This document shows, one piece after another, positions 1-12,668 of a stretch of DNA of 64,000 nucleotides; within the stretch, counting starts at the first letter, position 1; each line of letters opens with the position of its first letter. Under the pieces are notes generated by a model. That model saw only the letters and a program-made list of their open reading frames with translations. It was not told the origin of the DNA and searched no databases. This DNA comes from Octopus bimaculoides (Eukaryota), in contig NC_068993.1 of assembly GCF_001194135.2 (NCBI RefSeq), forward strand, positions 13,537,831 through 13,601,830. The letters run 5' to 3'. A program made the translations under genes and the position numbers.

Positions 1-34
<34 letters not shown>

Positions 35-628
35 GTATATATCTCTCTATGTTCATGTATATATATTTGTTCAGTAAATATTATTGAAACCAAAGTAGTG
101 TAGACTTTCAAAGTTATATACATAGATTTAAGTATTTTCGCAAGAAATGACAAGAAGAAATGAAAAAGACAAAAATACAAAAGTATTAAGGAAAAGAAAC
201 TGAAAAATGAAATTGTCAAATATATTTTTAAATAGATAGCAATGAAGTAGCGGCTTTAACAATAACAGCAATATTAGTTATAATAGAAAAAGCAATAATA
301 GAAATGATGATGATGATGATGTTTTTATTATACAAATCTTGTATATAGAAACGAGTGTATGAGAATGTATATAGTGAGAGTATCTAATACGTTTAATTTT
401 TTAATTATTTTTTTGGTGTATATAATTCAATAAGTTTAATCACATATCACGTGTGTGAGTAGTGAGTCTGTTGTGTGTATATGTGTAGATGGTACGTAAT
501 TAATGATGTTGAAATGCCACACGTTTTAGAACTTCAGTTATCTATTTACATATTTACATGTACGGTAAAGATATATGCCGAAACATTGTATAAATAATAC
601 ATAATATATATAATATATATATATATAA

Positions 629-710
<82 letters not shown>

Positions 711-1384
711 TGTGTGGTAGAGAGAGATAGCTAGAGAAATAGATTGATAGACAGACAGACAAGTATGTACGTATAGAGACGCGAGAATGTTTACATCGCC
801 TCTAACAAATCCAACATTAGTTGGATCAGAGGCTCATTCACAGATAACATTCAAATATAGAGGACATCTCTGGTTAAAGCAAGTAAGTAAGAATCAAAAA
901 GACCATATATCTCTACTATATAACTTCATTTATCTAAATTAGTTTATGGTTTAACAATGGTGTCGAAATAATGCACAAACCAACAGACTTACAGTAGCCA
1001 TGGATTGTAATTAAAATGTCATGAAAATCCTAGCTCATATTTTCTCAGTTAAAGGAATAAAATTGTTAGGGGCTCTGGCCGACAAAAAGAATAAAACTGT
1101 CAGCAACCCTCACCCTATCGTGTCTATACTTATGTTAAATACCTTGTGGATTGCATATTCTGATGTGATCTATGTATACATTAATAAAGTTATACTGAAG
1201 CAGCTGCCATTAATGTTAAATGTTATTGGTGTTACTTTTTATACCTATGTGATAATGAGAGCCAACCCCAGAGTCAGATCTACAGTTTCAATTGGATTTA
1301 TTACTTGTATATTTAAAGTATCCTACCAACACTTGTCTTCAATGTTGTTAACCTCACTGTAAGCTCTATGCTATTGCATGCAGC

Positions 1385-1797
1385 TAGCCATCTCTGGCGT
1401 CCTGCGCGCTATTCTGCCTTGTCACTTCTGCTGGTTGCTGGTCTCCCAGAACGTTCGTCAATATAGATATTTTTTCGGTCATCTTGGGAACGTCTGAACT
1501 ACTCGTACACTTGTGTGCGGCTCATACATCCCTCCGCATAGACTTTCTGCAACTTTACATAGGACTGTGAGCATGTAACGCCATGACAATTGTCTCTGTT
1601 ATGGTCAATGCGACGATCACACGCTACACACTTTCCTTCCAAGCACTGCTCTAAACACTGGAAGTGAGCTAGAACGTTAAAATAAGTGTGCGTGCACAGC
1701 GGCGTTGAAAGTCAATCGGTGCTAAGCGGCTTCACTCTGCTAGCTTTCGCTTCGTTACTATGACAACAGGCCGGATACTTATTGATCAGACCTCATA
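1385..1797 (-). mobile_element. Mariner (Tc1/mariner) DNA transposon 5' fragment with left TIR and decayed transposase N-terminal HTH
   Basis: Minus strand starts TA+TGAGGTCTGATCAATAAGTATCCGG (mariner-type TIR, 1771-1797). 1418-1570 minus translates to SQSYVKLQKVYAEGCMSRTQVYE*FRRSQDDRKNIYIDERSGRPATSRSDK, matching the mariner HTH (SRTQVYEWFxRF...DExRSGRP) with a W-to-stop change. Confidence 0.85.
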
Positions 1798-2500
1798 TAT
1801 ATATATATTTGGCTGTATGTATTGTGTATGTTACCTGTATGTAGACGTGTATATTTGAATGATATATTTAGATAGCACTCAATAATGACCACTGCAGTTA
1901 CATTTCAAGAACTTCATCTTTTTTTATACTGCTGTAAGTACAATATTGTGTTTTTATAACATACTCTAATTTTCACTTTTAATAATTCATTGTTGACAAA
2001 CTATATTTGACAATATAATCGGAATTGGGGAAGATATGTATGTTTAATTTACTTCGAAGCCAAATGAGATGAATCTTGGCTTCAGTCACAATAATGTTTC
2101 AGACATTTTAAACTATCCACGTTTTGAAGCGTAAGGTAATTTTTTGATGTTTGTTTAATTTACTATTTCAATTTCGCAGGTGTTTTTTTTTCTCACTTTG
2201 TTATTATTAGATGAATGCAACTCGACTATAAACAATATTCATTTGTAATGTTCGTAAATATAATTGAATGTAATTTGACTAGAGGAACACAATAAAGTAT
2301 AGAATCATACTGGATCGCTGAGAAATAATGTATAGAACGGAATTTAGGTTGAACGAAAGGGAATATGCATTCAAATCCGTAACACCTTTAGATCTTGTCA
2401 ATAGTTGATTTATATATATTTATGTACCTATTATTGTGTGAATCTATACCTGTGCATAGATTCACATAAGCATGCGGGCGTTTACTAGATTATATATTTA

Positions 2501-2732
2501 TACTCCTTTACTCCTTTACTTGTTTCAGTCATTTGACTGCGGCCAAGCTGGAGCACCGACTTTAGTCGAGAAGAATAACACCGGGACTTATTCTTTGAAA
2601 CCCTAGTACTTATTCAATCGGTCTCTTTTTGCCGAACCGCTAGTTACGGGAACGTAAACACACCAGCATCGGTTGTCAAGCGAAATCAGGGTGACAAACA
2701 CAGACACACAAACATATACACACACATACATA

Positions 2733-2802
<70 letters not shown>

Positions 2803-2958
2803 TACGGCGGGCTTCTTTCAGTTTCCGTCTACCAAATCCACTCACAAGTCTTTGGTCGGCCCGAGGCTATAGTAGAAGACACTTGCCCAAGGTGCCACGC
2901 AGTAGGATTGAACCCAGAACCATTTGGCTGGTAAGCAAGCTACTTATCACACAGCCAC
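2501..2958 (-). mobile_element. tRNA-derived CORE-type SINE (family A), near full length, with internal (CA)/(TA)n
   Basis: Minus strand has a Pol III-like head GTGGCTGTGTGATAAGTAG...GGTTCAATCC, a CORE-like GGCACCTTGGGCAAGTGTCTTCTACTATAGCC, an internal microsatellite and a (GTAAAGGA)n-like tail. Homologous copies at 30459, 49101 and 54490. Confidence 0.85.
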
Positions 2959-4149
2959 GTTTTCTACAAAGTGTATTTATATATACTTTATTTACTCATA
3001 TCTATGTATTTATGTATATGTACATTTTGTGATAGGCTAGGACAATTATATGTGTCGTCAGTACAAGTTGGCCTTTAACTGTATGAGTGGTCAATCAAAG
3101 CTAACATGTAACTATCGAACTACAGAATCTATATCTCTCTCACACACTCCAATAGTGGCCTCAATTTATTACACCAAATTCTTTTGCATCAGCAACAAGA
3201 AAGTCATCTGCAAAAAGAGCAATGAATTTACGGGATGAGGTCACTGGGTAAGTTTGTAATTTTAGGATTAAAAACATTTTGAATTTTTAGAAAGGGCGTT
3301 GATAGAGATTTTAGCTGCTGAATACATCTCGATACGATATTTAGAATTTGCATCACTGACCAACGAGAGAAAGGCAGATATTTTGAGAAGTATTTGCTTT
3401 CATTTGTACTAGGCTGAGGTTTACATATAATTCAAGGATAAATGGAAGAAATATTCACTGAAGGATATACTTTACACTGTAGACTTACAAGTGTAAATGA
3501 AGTGAAATATAGTCACTTCTATTGACTTGGTAATATGGAGCTTGAAAGAGCAGCATTTGAGCCTGATGATAAAAAAGAAAAAGTGGAGAATATTTTCGGC
3601 GTCAATAATTTAGGATGCAGATGGTGTTTATGACAGCAACTTTCGTAGAAGAGAAATTGGATGTTGAGAGAAGAGAAGCAAGAAAAGGAGGCCGAGGAGG
3701 AAGAAAGAGCAAGACAGAAAAAGATAATTGTACACGACTTGGAAATTTCCTTACATTCTCTGTTGTTCAGCCATTGAATGCGATGAGCTAAAATATCTGA
3801 ACACTTAAGAGAATCATGTACAATGTTATGGCAGTATTTCTGCGACACTCAGCACCTGTTTGAAATTCTGCCTTTCTTTCTTTCTCGATCGACAATTAAA
3901 GTACGACTTAATGCGAGTAAATTGCCAAAATTGTTACAGCGTCGGACGAGATGTATTGTGGGTAACTATTCTGCCTATGTGTATTCTAAATTCAATTCCA
4001 CACTTCTATCTTGACACTAGACTGTCAGTAATAAACACAAATGGCAAAGGTGTCCAAATCCTTAAGCAAGTGCTCATGTTTTTAGCATTTTGCTGTCAAT
4101 GTCAGCGCATCAGGCTGCAGCAGAATTTGCAAGAAATACTGATTTCAAA

Positions 4150-4349
4150 TTTTGGCACAAGGCCTGAAATGTTGGGTGGGGGGAGCCGATTACATCGACC
4201 ATAGTACTCAACTGCAACGTATTTCATCGACCCCAAAATGATGAAAGACAAAGTAGATCTCGGCGGAATTTGAACTCAGAACGTAAAGACGTACGAATGC
4301 TGCTAAGCAATTTGTTTGACCTGTTGACGATTCTGCCAGCTTGCTGCTT
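4150..4349 (-). mobile_element. SINE family M (Meta-like central domain)
   Basis: Reverse complement matches the plus-strand copies at 11077/11546/13140 (GCTGGCAGAATCGT...GAGTTCAAATTCCGCCGAG...TTTCATC...GGGGTCGAT). Confidence 0.8.
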
Positions 4350-4377
4350 CAAAGAATACAAGAAATATCCGTTTCGA

Positions 4378-4551
4378 AATATGGCGATTTTGGGGTGAAT
4401 ATAAGTGGATTACATCGATCACAGTGCTCAACTGGTACTTATTTTATCGACCTCGAAAGGATGAAAGGTAAAGTCTATCTCGGTGTAATTTGAACTCAGA
4501 ACGTAGAGCATTTTGCTCAGCGTGCTAACGATTCTGCCATCTCGCCACGTT
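4378..4551 (-). mobile_element. SINE family M, second adjacent copy
   Basis: Same diagnostic blocks, internally deleted: GGCGAGATGGCAGAATCGTTAGCACG, GAGTTCAAATT, CCTTTCATCCTTTCGAGGTCGATAAAATAAGTACCAG. Confidence 0.8.
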
Positions 4552-7500
4552 AAAGAATGCAAGAAATAATCCAAATTCTCCGGAACACTGTCTCTCTCTC
4601 CTTTCTCCGTCTATCAACATCCAATATATATATATATATCTATATTTTCATTTGCACAGGCTGTCGTTACAACTACCACTTAACTACTGGATCACTAAAG
4701 TCTTAAATTTGTAGTTACATACTTTTTTTCTTATTTTGTAAACTACAAATTTTGTATATTCAAAATGATTTTCTAAGATATCTATCATTTATTTCTTAGA
4801 CAATAGAACTGAAGACAATTCGTTTCATTTGCTCGTGTATACTTCTTTGTAAAGTATTTCTACCGATGGCTATTGTTTCCTCTCTGTTGTAATTTTCAAG
4901 CATTTAGCTTATTAAAAAACGAAAACAATATCGTCAGATCATAATTTCGTTGAAATAAAAAGAGGCAAGGACAATATTCTTAACGAGGTTATAATGTTAA
5001 AATGTAATAATGTTCTTATTCTATTCTATTTACCTTTGAATGTATATACTAAAATAAAAGACAGCATGAGTCTACGTATATACGTATGTAGGTATACATG
5101 GTGTGTGATTGTGAATATATANNNNNNNNNNNNNNNNNNNNNNNNNNNNNNNNNNNNNNNNNNNNNNNNNNNNNNNNNNNNNNNNNNNNNNNNNNNNNNN
5201 NNNNNNNNNNNNNNNNNNNNNNNNNNNNNNNNNNNNNNNNNNNNNNNNNNNNNNNNNNNNNNNNNNNNNNNNNNNNNNNNNNNNNNNNNNNNNNNNNNNN
5301 NNNNNNNNNNNNNNNNNNNNNNNNNNNNNNNNNNNNNNNNNNNNNNNNNNNNNNNNNNNNNNNNNNNNNNNNNNNNNNNNNNNNNNNNNNNNNNNNNNNN
5401 NNNNNNNNNNNNNNNNNNNNNNNNNNNNNNNNNNNNNNNNNNNNNNNNNNNNNNNNNNNNNNNNNNNNNNNNNNNNNNNNNNNNNNNNNNNNNNNNNNNN
5501 NNNNNNNNNNNNNNNNNNNNNNNNNNNNNNNNNNNNNNNNNNNNNNNNNNNNNNNNNNNNNNNNNNNNNNNNNNNNNNNNNNNNNNNNNNNNNNNNNNNN
5601 NNNNNNNNNNNNNNNNNNNNNNNNNNNNNNNNNNNNNNNNNNNNNNNNNNNNNNNNNNNNNNNNNNNNNNNNNNNNNNNNNNNNNNNNNNNNNNNNNNNN
5701 NNNNNNNNNNNNNNNNNNNNNNNNNNNNNNNNNNNNNNNNNNNNNNNNNNNNNNNNNNNNNNNNNNNNNNNNNNNNNNNNNNNNNNNNNNNNNNNNNNNN
5801 NNNNNNNNNNNNNNNNNNNNNNNNNNNNNNNNNNNNNNNNNNNNNNNNNNNNNNNNNNNNNNNNNNNNNNNNNNNNNNNNNNNNNNNNNNNNNNNNNNNN
5901 NNNNNNNNNNNNNNNNNNNNNNNNNNNNNNNNNNNNNNNNNNNNNNNNNNNNNNNTATATATATATATATATGAACAGGCGAGATATTTGGAGACGATTC
6001 TGTGAAGAACATTTTACCTGGTCATGAACATGCTAAAAACTATGTTTCGCAGATAACAGCCTAACGTCCGAGAGAAAGGAAGGACAGATTTAATAGTGTA
6101 GTTCTAGATAACTTTTCTTGAAGACAAAATGTGGTGATAAGGCTTACCAGTCAGGGATGATATGTTGATAAATCAAATCAGTCCAATACACATTTATCAT
6201 GGTAATATTGATAACACAATGGCTTGTATCTAGTTGATTAAGATCTGTTTTGAGTTCAATACAAATCAGTATACATTTTGCATGATAAAACTTGTAATAC
6301 AATGACGTTAATTTAATTGATTACATAGTTTCGCAATCATATATGATGGCATAGAACGTAGTTTGGGGAAATTATTGTTCATTCCGTTGTGAGTACTTTA
6401 GAAGGATGTAAGTGTTAACCAATCTATGTTTACGAGAGAGTGTTGTTCCCGCCTGGTGCTACCTTACATTTCATTGCTTCCATAAACCTACCTCTTGCAC
6501 CTACCTTGCATTACAAATGCTCTTTATATATATATATATATNNNNNNNNNNNNNNNNNNNNNNNNNNNNNNNNNNNNNNNNNNNNNNNNNNNNNNNNNNN
6601 NNNNNNNNNNNNNNNNNNNNNNNNNNNNNNNNNNNNNNNNNNNNNNNNNNNNNNNNNNNNNNNNNNNNNNNNNNNNNNNNNNNNNNNNNNNNNNNNNNNN
6701 NNNNNNNNNNNNNNNNNNNNNNNNNNNNNNNNNNNNNNNNNNNNNNNNNNNNNNNNNNNNNNNNNNNNNNNNNNNNNNNNNNNNNNNNNNNNNNNNNNNN
6801 NNNNNNATATATATATATATAGGAATCGCATACAGTAGTTTTTCATCATTCTTCCTCTGCTAATTTATGGCATTGTGACTAGTTAAAATAAATCAATATC
6901 TATATCGTACTAATAAAATAACAAATGCTCTGCCAAAACAACAACAACAAGAGGAACGGCAATACAAACGAAAAAGAGACAAACATCAATACGAACAACA
7001 AGAAGAAAATAGTGACGACAGCAAGAACAACAATGACAGCAAACATTAACATTTTCAAAGCAACACACTCGCATTAACCGGTAAACGCAAATCACCAAAG
7101 CTGGCCGTCACAATGGACCAACCCAAATATAAATATATCACCAGCATTAAAAACAATCGTAAACTTTATGGCCTGATAGAAACGTCCATAGAATATTTCT
7201 CTCTCTCGCTCTCTCCCTCTCATCCCTCTCTCTCAGTCTCACCAACTCAGTGAGTTTCCCGCTATATATATATGTATATATATGTTTAGTTCTCCCTCCA
7301 TTTCTATCTCAATGTCTATTGTTTCTCCGTCTCTATCTCATTTTGTATTGGTTGCTTTATTTCCTTCTTTCATTCTTTTCTTTCTCTTTTCAGATGTCTT
7401 TGCTAAATAAATGCAAACCCACCCACATGATATTCATTCGCCTATCGATTTATTTATTTGTTTGTTTATGTATTCATTCATTTATTTTAGTAGAGAATCA

Positions 7501-7578
7501 CGAAGATTATGTTATTAAACGTGTGCGTGTTTGTGTGAGTGTAGGATAATTTATATGCGCTTTCTGTGCTTGTGAGCG

Positions 7579-7609
<31 letters not shown>

Positions 7610-8304
7610 TTGTTTATGTGTGTTTTAAAAGGGGATAACAATAAATAGAGACGTCATCATTGTAAGGTAGGCTTTGGATCGATGGTAACCAGCTATATAA
7701 TATCGTTAATGAAAGGGTGATGCGCTAGAGTAGAAGCGGTGGAATACCGGATTAACGTAATGTCATAACCATTAAATATTGTCCCTCCTTAGTTTTCGAG
7801 TTCAAATCACAACGGGCTTGATACGGCAATGCATCTCACAGAGATCGATAAAATAATTATCACGCTTGTACATGAGGCTACTCAAATTCAGCTTCGATTC
7901 CCCACCCACCTACCAAAAGAAAAAAAAAAACGAGGAAAGACATCGTATCGTTATACCAGCTTCCGAAATTAGAGGAACATGGTCAATAACATGAAGTGGG
8001 TTGGTAGATAAGGAAGAGCGCTTAACTTTATACATCATAACATTATCTCTAATATTCAGCCACATCGGTCTCATATGAGCATTGCATCTCACTTAGTATG
8101 TGAAATATATAAGTCTTGTACTTATTCGAAAGATATCAGAATCTGTCCATTTAGAAAGATATATTGTCAATTATCGAATACTTTAGAATAAAAGGTGAGG
8201 GGCTCTCAGAGAGGTTTCGATCCCCAGTTGAAGTAAATTTATTTCGCATTGACACTAATAGCTTGGAAGAATGCATGAGGTCTATGAATTCTCAACCATT
8301 TGTC

Positions 8305-8902
8305 ATCATTTTGTTTGTTTGTTTGTTTGTTTGTTTCTGTCTTTCTTTCTTTCTTTCTATCATTCTTTCATTTTTCTTTCTTTCTATATTTCATTCATTT
8401 TTCTTTTTTCCTTTCTCTCTTCCTCTCTTTCTTTCTTTCTTTCTTTCTTTCCTTCTTTCTTTCTTTCTTTCTTTCTTTCCTTTTTCTTTGTTTCTGTCAT
8501 TCATTTTCCTTCCTCTCTTTCTTTCTTCTTATTCTTTCGTTTTTACGTTCGTCCTCTTTCTTTCTTTCCTTCTTTGTTTCGTTGTTTTTTCCTTCCTCCT
8601 TTCTTTCTTTTTGACTTTCTTTCATTCATTCTTTTTTCTTCCTTTCTTTCTTTTCTTTCTTTCTTTCATTTTTATTTCTATCTTTCTTTCATTCATTCCT
8701 CTTTGTTTATTTGTTTGTTTGGTTCTTTCTTTCATACATTTTCCTTCCTCTCTTCCTTTTTTCTCATTCTTTCGTTTTTTCTTCCATCTTCTTTCCTTCT
8801 TTGTTTCATTGTTGTTCCTCCCTCCCTCCCTTTCTTTTCTTACTTTCATTCGTTCTTTTTTCTTCCTTCCTTCCTTCCTTCCTTTCTTTCCTTCTCTCTT
8901 CC
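8305..8902 (+). repeat. About 600-bp degenerate polypyrimidine tract of (TTTG)/(TTTC)/(TTCC)/(TTCA) units
   Basis: Directly visible: pyrimidine-dominated plus strand made of mixed tetranucleotide units. Confidence 0.95.
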
Positions 8903-9138
8903 TTAGCAAATACATACACACACATACACACGTATATATACTTGTCTGTGTGTGACTGTGTGCGTGCCTATCCCCCGATGTGCCTCACCTAGAATTTGAT
9001 ACTTTTGTCATCTTGAGATCAGTGTCGTAAAGCAAGTAGCGACCTACTGCTTGAACGAAACAACTTTACTACGACACCGCAATTAGCAGCCGGGAATATC
9101 CCAATGCGGCTCATCAAACGGAATCAACATTATACTGT

Positions 9139-9195
<57 letters not shown>

Positions 9196-9850
9196 GAATT
9201 ATTACTGATTTAATGAGTGATACGTCTGATAGGAATGCATGTAAATGATGTATGCAGATTTTAATCATTATCATAGAATTTAACTGGTGACTAATGATAC
9301 TTTAATTAACAAAATAATAGTTTATTATACTATGCTAGAGATGCTTATAATGGTCTTATATTCTATGCTGTGCCACACTTTTACAACATACATACCGTTT
9401 CAAAGACATAAATACCTACCATGGGACATATATCAGCAATGGTGTGCATAAGGAACCAATATCATGCAATTTGGTCAGTTTTAACTTTTAAATACGCAAA
9501 TATGATCTAGAAAAAAAAGAAAGTGAATACTATAAGCATATATATATATAGCCAAATCGAAATTTAGAATTAAATAACAAAACAGCAATAGTCAAAAGGA
9601 CGTACACATAGAGTTTATTAATTAGTTTGACGCTCAGTATTACATGGGAAATAGAAGGGCTGTGTGACGTTTCAAGCATGATCAAAAGTGGGGTGCGAAC
9701 GTACCGTTACTTAATAAATGAAACATTTCATAGTAAATAAACAATGACAGATAAAGAACGTATATGTATAAAACAGGACGGGAGACAGACGCTGAGGATC
9801 CCTAATTCTTCATCATCAATTGTCAACCAAATGGTAATACTCTGTTTCAC

Positions 9851-9893
<43 letters not shown>

Positions 9894-10506
9894 NNNNNNN
9901 NNNNNNNNNNNNNNNNNNNNNNNNNNNNNNNNNNNNNNNNNNNNNNNNNNNNNNNNNNNNNNNNNNNNNNNNNNNNNNNNNNNNNNNNNNNNNNNNNNNN
10001 NNNNNNNNNNNNNNNNNNNNNNNNNNNNNNNNNNNNNNNNNNNNNNNNNNNNNNNNNNNNNNNNNNNNNNNNNNNNNNNNNNNNNNNNNNNNNNNNNNNN
10101 NNNNNNNNNNNNNNNNNNNNNNNNNNNNNNNNNNNNNNNNNNNNNNNNNNNNNNNNNNNNNNNNNNNNNNNNNNNNNNNNNNNNNNNNNNNNNNNNNNNN
10201 NNNNNNNNNNNNNNNNNNNNNNNNNNNNNNNNNNNNNNNNNNNNNNNNNNNNNNNNNNNNNNNNNNNNNNNNNNNNNNNNNNNNNNNNNNNNNNNNNNNN
10301 NNNNNNNNNNNNNNNNNNNNNNNNNNNNNNNNNNNNNNNNNNNNNNNNNNNNNNNNNNNNNNNNNNNNNNNNNNNNNNNNNNNNNNNNNNNNNNNNNNNN
10401 NNNNNNNNNNNNNNNNNNNNNNNNNNNNNNNNNNNNNNNNNNNNNNNNNNNNNNNNNNNNNNNNNNNNNNNNNNNNNNNNNNNNNNNNNNNNNNNNNNNN
10501 NNNNNN

Positions 10507-10548
<42 letters not shown>

Positions 10549-11076
10549 ATATATATATATTCATACATACAAAAATATATGTATACATTATACATACAAA
10601 CACACACACACACACACGCATACACACACATATATGAGCGGCATCAATAATTATAAAATGTAAGGTAAATTAAGAACAGCTTCATTTTATCAGTTAAGGT
10701 CTAAGAGCAATGGACTGGAAGGTGTTACGTGTACTGTAGTGTAATTGACACAATATCAAAGAGATGATAAGTAGCATAGTACGGGACGTAACTGCATTTT
10801 GCTATCAAGTGACTGACATTACAATCTTAAGCCATAAATTCTCTTTTCGTTATTCGGTCAGTACTTATTTCGCATTTCATGTAAGTCAGCTCATGAGAAA
10901 CAAATCAGGAACATTTCTGAGACTTTGGTCTGATTGAGACAAAATTCCCAGACGAGTTGTCAGTTTTCCTGACATCTAGAAGAACTGGGGTGTGAATAAT
11001 TAAGCCTGGCATTGAAATACGCATATGTTGTAGATTTGAATTCAATACATATCGGCCGGTAATTTTACCCAATGTC

Positions 11077-11241
11077 AAGGCAGCGAGCTGGCAGAAACGT
11101 TAGCACGCCGGGTGAAATGTTTAACGGGATTTCGTCTGTGTTTACGTTCTGAGTTCAAACTCCACCGAGGTCGACTTTGCCCTTTATCCTTTCGGGGTCG
11201 ATAAATTAAGTACCAGTTGCGTACTGGGCTCGATCTAATCA
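11077..11241 (+). mobile_element. SINE family M, ending at the assembly gap
   Basis: AAGGCAGCGAGCTGGCAGAAACG head, B-box-like GAGTTCAAACTCC, central GACTTTGCCCTTTATCCTTTCGGGGTCGATAAATTAAGTACCAG. Confidence 0.9.
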
Positions 11242-11446
11242 NNNNNNNNNNNNNNNNNNNNNNNNNNNNNNNNNNNNNNNNNNNNNNNNNNNNNNNNNNN
11301 NNNNNNNNNNNNNNNNNNNNNNNNNNNNNNNNNNNNNNNNNNNNNNNNNNNNNNNNNNNNNNNNNNNNNNNNNNNNNNNNNNNNNNNNNNNNNNNNNNNN
11401 NNNNNNNNNNNNNNNNNNNNNNNNNNNNNNNNNNNNNNNNNNNNNA

Positions 11447-11710
11447 TAGATTAAGTACCAGTTGCGTAACAGTCGTCAATCTAATCGACTGGCCGCCTCC
11501 CCTAAAAATTCCAGGCCTTGTATCTAGATGAGTAAAGAATATTTTAAGGCGGCGAGCTGGCAGAAACGTTAGCACGCCGGGTGAAATGTTTAACGGGATT
11601 TCGTCTGTGTTTACGTTCTGAGTTCAAACTCCACCGAGGTCGACTTTGCCCTTTATCCTTTCGGGGTCGATAAATTAAGTACCAGTTGCGTACTGGGCTC
11701 GATCTAATCA
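11447..11710 (+). mobile_element. SINE family M: 3' tail of one copy (11447-11545) joined head-to-tail to a second copy (11546-11710)
   Basis: Tail GGCCTTGTATCTAGATGAGTAAAGAATATTTT is followed directly by AAGGCGGCGAGCTGG. 11546-11710 matches 11077-11241 at 164 of 165 nt. Confidence 0.9.
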
Positions 11711-11803
11711 CCGGAAAAAAGAAAGTTTCCTACGATGCAACACAAAGGAACCGAATCCAGAACCATGTGGCTGGGAATCAACCTTCTTACCACACAACTA
11801 CGC
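11711..11803 (-). mobile_element. Family A SINE 5' head fragment
   Basis: CCAGAACCATGTGGCTGGGAATCAACCTTCTTACCACACA resembles the family A head seen at 2915-2958. Confidence 0.55.
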
Positions 11804-11835
11804 CACATTATATAATTAGAAATACATTTAATTTA

Positions 11836-12035
11836 CGGAGATGTACTTGCATAGCAAGTGACCTGATCTGAAATCGTGTGCTGGAACGAAAACAATTGCA
11901 GCGTGGAATGTGTTTATAAATCATTCAAGAAACACACAAAGACCGGTAGGTTCACTTCAACACTTAAATTTAATTTGCCAAAATATTTTCGTCGCTTTGA
12001 GACCCCGACCTGTTCACTGACAAAATTCTGTGCTG
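11836..12035 (-). mobile_element. Short non-autonomous element carrying a hammerhead-like motif (probably Penelope-derived)
   Basis: Higher-complexity segment of about 200 bp containing the motif at 11974-12024. Boundaries are estimated from base composition. Confidence 0.5.
11974..12024 (-). ncRNA. Putative minimal type I hammerhead ribozyme, G3-C8 variant
   Basis: RNA 5'-UUUGUCA GUGAACA G GUCG gggucucaaag CGAC GAAA AUAU UU UGGCAAA-3'. Helix I is 7 bp (one G-U), helix II is 4 bp with G10.1-C11.1, helix III is the palindrome AAUAUU, and the core GUGAACA equals CUGANGA with a compensatory C3G/G8C swap. Confidence 0.7.
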
Positions 12036-12147
12036 CATCATTTAATTTAGTTTCCTGTCAGTTTTCTTATTAACTAGGTTCACTTTGTTTGGTTCTGAGT
12101 ATTTTTTTCTAGTTTCACTTTCGATACACGTTTTATACATCTTCATG

Positions 12148-12255
12148 ACTTTGCCTTTCGTCCTTTCGGGGTCGACAAATTAAGTACAAGTTGCGTAATG
12201 GAATCGATCTAATCGACTGGCACCCTCGCCCAAAATCTCGGGCCTTGTGACTGTG
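12148..12255 (+). mobile_element. SINE family M, 3' half
   Basis: GACTTTGCCTTTCGTCCTTTCGGGGTCGACAAATTAAGTAC...GGGCCTTGTG. Confidence 0.8.
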
Positions 12256-12295
12256 GCAGGATACGTATATTCTAGCTATACCATATTACGTATGG

Positions 12296-12668
12296 TTGTT
12301 GGCATTCCGTCGCTTACGACGTCGAGGGTTCCAGTTGATCCGACCAACGGAACAGCCTGCTCGTGAAATTAACGTGCAAGTGGCTGAGCACTCCACAGAC
12401 ACGTGTACCCTTAACGTAGTTCTTGGCGATATTCAGCGTGACAAGGCTGACCCTTTGAAATACAGGCACAACAGAAACAGGAAGTAAGAGTGAGAGAAAG
12501 TTGTGGTGGAAGAGTACAGCAGGGTTCGCCACTATCCCCTGCCGGAGTCTCGTGGAGCTTTAGGTGTTTTCGCTCAATAAACACTCACAACGCCCGGTCT
12601 GGGAATCGAAACCGCGATCCTCTGACCGCGAGTCCGCTGCCCTAACCACTGGGCCATTGAGCCTCCAC
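12296..12668 (-). mobile_element. tRNA-derived SINE family B, full length, with 9-bp TSD
   Basis: Minus strand has A box TGGCCCAGTGG and B box GGTTTCGATTCCC. TSD TACGTATGG at 12287-12295 and 12669-12677. Highly similar to 36741-37143. Confidence 0.92.

Noticed and set aside
798-833. Small hairpin GCCTCT..ATCCAAC/GTTGGAT..AGAGGC
   Set aside because: Short interrupted stem within chance expectation; too short for a pre-miRNA.
5971-6088. Peptide RDIWRRFCEEHF, superficially like F-box or elongin motifs, and alternative frame EIFGDDSVKNILPGHEH
   Set aside because: Both frames stop within a few codons, with no good acceptor or donor; too short to support.
8164-8955. 263-aa Phe/Leu/Ser-rich ORF and overlapping ORFs
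   Set aside because: Stop-free because the pyrimidine tract has few A residues; low complexity, with no splice or codon evidence.
9662-9690. Minus-strand GAAACGUC hammerhead-like end
   Set aside because: No CUGANGA or covariant core and no helix II upstream.
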